64,000 bases of DNA from the human T2T-CHM13v2.0 reference genome, Homo sapiens, in the NCBI RefSeq assembly GCF_009914755.1, contig NC_060925.1; one strand, 5' to 3'. Positions 60,601-64,000 of the stretch are shown here, one piece after another (the first letter of the stretch is position 1; the number at the start of each line of letters is the position of its first letter). Made by a program: the position numbers and the translations under genes. The notes beneath the pieces were generated by a model. It saw nothing but the letters and a program-made list of their open reading frames with translations. It ran no database searches and was not told where the DNA came from.

Positions 60601-63600
60601 TCCAAACTTAATAACAGAGAAGCTGAACACTTTATGGTCACAAAGTCCGCATTTTTAATGAATGCAGTGAACGCCTGCCTTTTTAGGGGCCTGCATTATT
60701 TTCATCCTCTCATTAGTCTAGTGTTTCTTCTATAAAGAAAAAAAATCCCAGAAATACTAATATTTTCATAAATATCATGGCAGTGAACTTGGAGAAGCCT
60801 CAAGTGCATCTCAAGCTATACTGTGAGAATCACAATTTTTTTCACTTGAATAAATTAGTCCTTGAGTCTCAAAAATGCTTTCCATAACTTCAAAACCTGA
60901 AGATAATTCAACATTTTCCGTTTTTCTAATAGTGTTCAAAAGAGAAAACACAAGTATTGCTTGAGAAAGTAAACAGACATCCTGATATTCAAACATGGAC
61001 AGTTAATGTTCCCCCAATAATATATTTACAGCTCAGTGCAATGTCCTACTCCAGCTAAAAGTGAATTCCCAAGTGTTTCTTTATATAGACAGCATTATCA
61101 CGTAAACCAAAAGCAAAGCTTACAGCTGGTAGCTGGTCACCTACCATAGAATGTGTTTTCATTAGCTATAGTCAAAATTTTAGCTACATGGGTCACAAAT
61201 TGTGTCTAGAATCAAAAAAAGTTTGATCTGTCTGTAAATTTTTTTAAAGTGTGTGGGATTAAGAGAAAAGAGCTAAATGGAGGAAGTTTAAATCATCTTC
61301 AACCTTTGAACAAGCCACAATAACAGGTATTTGTAATGAAGGCCTTACTTAGTCACTTGCGTGGTTCTAGGGATTAATAGAGTTTGTGTATTCAAGAGGG
61401 GGCTGGATAGATTCAGGTCAACAAACTGAGTCATGTTTGCTCAGGTGAAAGCTAAAAATAACCACTCCCCAGTATTCCTAGGAGAGTAATGCAATATTAC
61501 CCAGCTGCCTCAGCACACATTATAAATGTCTCCTCCACCCACCCATAGTATAAGGTTTAACTGAAAACAAGTAGGCCAAAAACTACTTCTACACCAGACC
61601 AATTCAATGACAGAATAATTTGGCCAAAACTAAATATGCCTAGTCACTGTAAACTGGTTAACTCATGGTTGGTTAAGATAGCCTTGGGAATATGCACAGA
61701 AGTTATAAAACCATGAGCTATTCATTGAAAATGCAGTCCATTATGAATTCAGTTCTTTTTACTTTATCAAACATGACCATTTTATTTTGTCTGTATTTCA
61801 ATACAGTATTTTTGGCCTCCACTTTTCCACTACAGCACATGAATTGTGAAATGTGATTCTATATAACATTTAATGTTAAAGTGATATGAAATCAATAAGA
61901 CTTCTAACAAATTCAAGGTGTGAAGAAATGTACAAACACAACCTGAAGTCTCTATGAAAATTCAGTGGTCCCTCAGTTACACACATTACTATGGCTCACA
62001 GTATATTGTCCAAATTTGTCTTGAGTATCTACCATGCACTAGACACTGCCGGTTCTGGAGTAAACCTGATAGGCACCAACCATATGGAACGTACAAATAA
62101 CGGAGGAAGCAGACAATAAATAAACAATTTCAGGAAAAAATAATTTTGATGAATGTTATATGTAACCTGACATTCCCTGAGAAAGGGCAACAGTCAGATA
62201 TTTGGGAGGTGGGAGAAATGAATACACCAGAATGACAGAAAAATCCAGTCATCGTTACAACATAACCTTGAATAAAAATGTAAGTGAACAATGACTAAAC
62301 CTGTAGTACTTCTTTTGGAAGAATATTCATTGACTCCAGTCAGCTTCCTGTTATTTCACTTCAAATGGCTATCCAGTTTACAAATTACTATCTAGCCAAC
62401 CGCTAGCATTTATCATGCTTAAAATTGAGTCAACATTAAATCATTAGCCCCTATTCCTTCCAGAACCTGTAATTTAAGAGTTAGAGAGAGACAAGACTTG
62501 GTTGCCTCTTAGAAAAGTTAAAATAAAACTAAAACAACAGGCTGACATGACACATTGTCTCCATTTAAGCCAACATAGACTATTTATTTCTTTGCTTTAT
62601 TATGAGTAATGAACATTTCTTTAGCAATCACCTAGGAGCATTACTATAATGCAGGTACCGTACTAACTAAAGACAGAGACGAATGGCCTCCCAGACCCCC
62701 ATTTGCTCACAGGCTAGTGTGGGAGGCTGAGAAGTTCACAAAGAATTACACCCTGATCGGAAATTTCTTTGACAGAGGTTTGCACAGGATGCTCCAGTTG
62801 TAAAAAGAGCTGAGGGTAGCTTTCGGCAGGGCTTAGCCTTGGAAGAGAGCAGGTAATAGCCAAGGGAGAATGGGGGATGGCCAAGGAGGGAAGGTGCTGA
62901 GGTAGAGATAGAACATGTGCTGGGTCATAGAATATCTAAAACAATCATATTTTCTGCAGATATCTGTGCTTGAATATTAAAAATTAAAAAGAGATCATTT
63001 AACGGTGAAAACTGTAGTACTACTCTTATCTCTGTGTCCACCCTTGCCTTTTCTAATCAGTGGTATAATTCTACTAGAGTGCCTTGGCCTCTGCTCCCAA
63101 TCATCCCTGCTGTACTCTATAGAGCACCATAAAGAAGGAATAATAAACAGAGCCACACATAACAAAGAACTTTTATTTGGCAGGAATGTTTCCTTTTATG
63201 ACACCTATCTCTGCCCTGTAAGTAGCCACAAGGCCAGACCAGAGATCTGCTGGAAGGAGGCGGAGTGAGAGGGTAGTCAGGTGGGAATGAAGAAGCTCCC
63301 CGTCCTATTCCCACAAATGGCCCCAAAGAGCCTTTGAAGTCTCAGTCATCAGGTAATAATAGCCTTCCTCTAAATTAGAGGAAGAATGTCTGCCTTGCAA
63401 CAAAGATGATATTTAAAGAATAATCTGCTTTGGGGTACAAGGGGAAGGAATGCAGAGAATAGACCAGTTGAAAAGGTAATTCCTGTTTATAAGAATTAAT
63501 AATCAGAACAGCACCATTTTAAAAAGTAATGACTTAAAGTAAAAATGGTCAAAGATTTCAGAAATGTTTTAGAGAATTTTATGTTTACAATAGAATTTAT

Positions 63601-64000
63601 CTAACAAAAATGATAGGAACAATACACATTGATTTAAAAACATACAAAAAGTTGGTAGCAGATACTTTCTCCTACTGACTTGAGACATTGATTTAACACC
63701 TGAAAACTAATCTCAGTTAAAAAGCTGCCAGCACCATCTCTCCACCTGTAAAAATGTGAATATTTATTTATATTTTATAATTTCATTTTATTTATTCTCT
63801 ATCTTGTTCCATAAAACATTTTGGGGTACTAGAACTGGTTATTAGCCTTTATTTTTTAAAAATAATTGGGACTGATTTCAACGGATAGAATTAATGTTGG
63901 GGCGGGGGTGGGCAGAGACTACAAATTACTTGGTCTATGTCTATATCTTCAAAAGTTTGGGGAGCTTATATTCTCCAGCTATTGCTTTTTTTTTTTTTTT

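Noticed and set aside
63987-64000. Terminal poly-T
   Set aside because: Probably the tail of a minus-strand retroelement cut by the window edge; cannot be confirmed.

Overview
Human (primate) genomic DNA from the middle of WLS (Wntless/GPR177, 1p31.3). WLS runs on the minus strand. Coding exons 2-11 are all present with intact splice sites and an open frame; exon 1 and the last exon lie outside the window. The ~35 kb intron 2 holds a full-length CTBP2 processed pseudogene (poly-A, 12-bp TSD, 1 frameshift and 3 stops), MIR1262, a solo ERV LTR, a 5'-truncated L1 and many Alu, DNA-transposon and MaLR relics. From recall, the locus is also covered by the antisense lncRNA GNG12-AS1 (+ strand). Observations beyond routine annotation: (1) a decayed tandem duplicate of WLS exon 4 with its upstream intron and intact acceptor, plus a third fragment, inside intron 4; (2) intron 8 has the signature of a U12 (minor spliceosome) GT-AG intron; (3) miR-1262 is one arm of a perfect 24-bp inverted repeat that is offset from the precursor as I recall it and folds on both strands; (4) the sense-oriented retrocopy brings a CpG-rich 5' end and poly(A) signals into WLS intron 2. 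There are no prokaryotic systems. Repeat family names come from recognition of consensus sequences, not from a database search.
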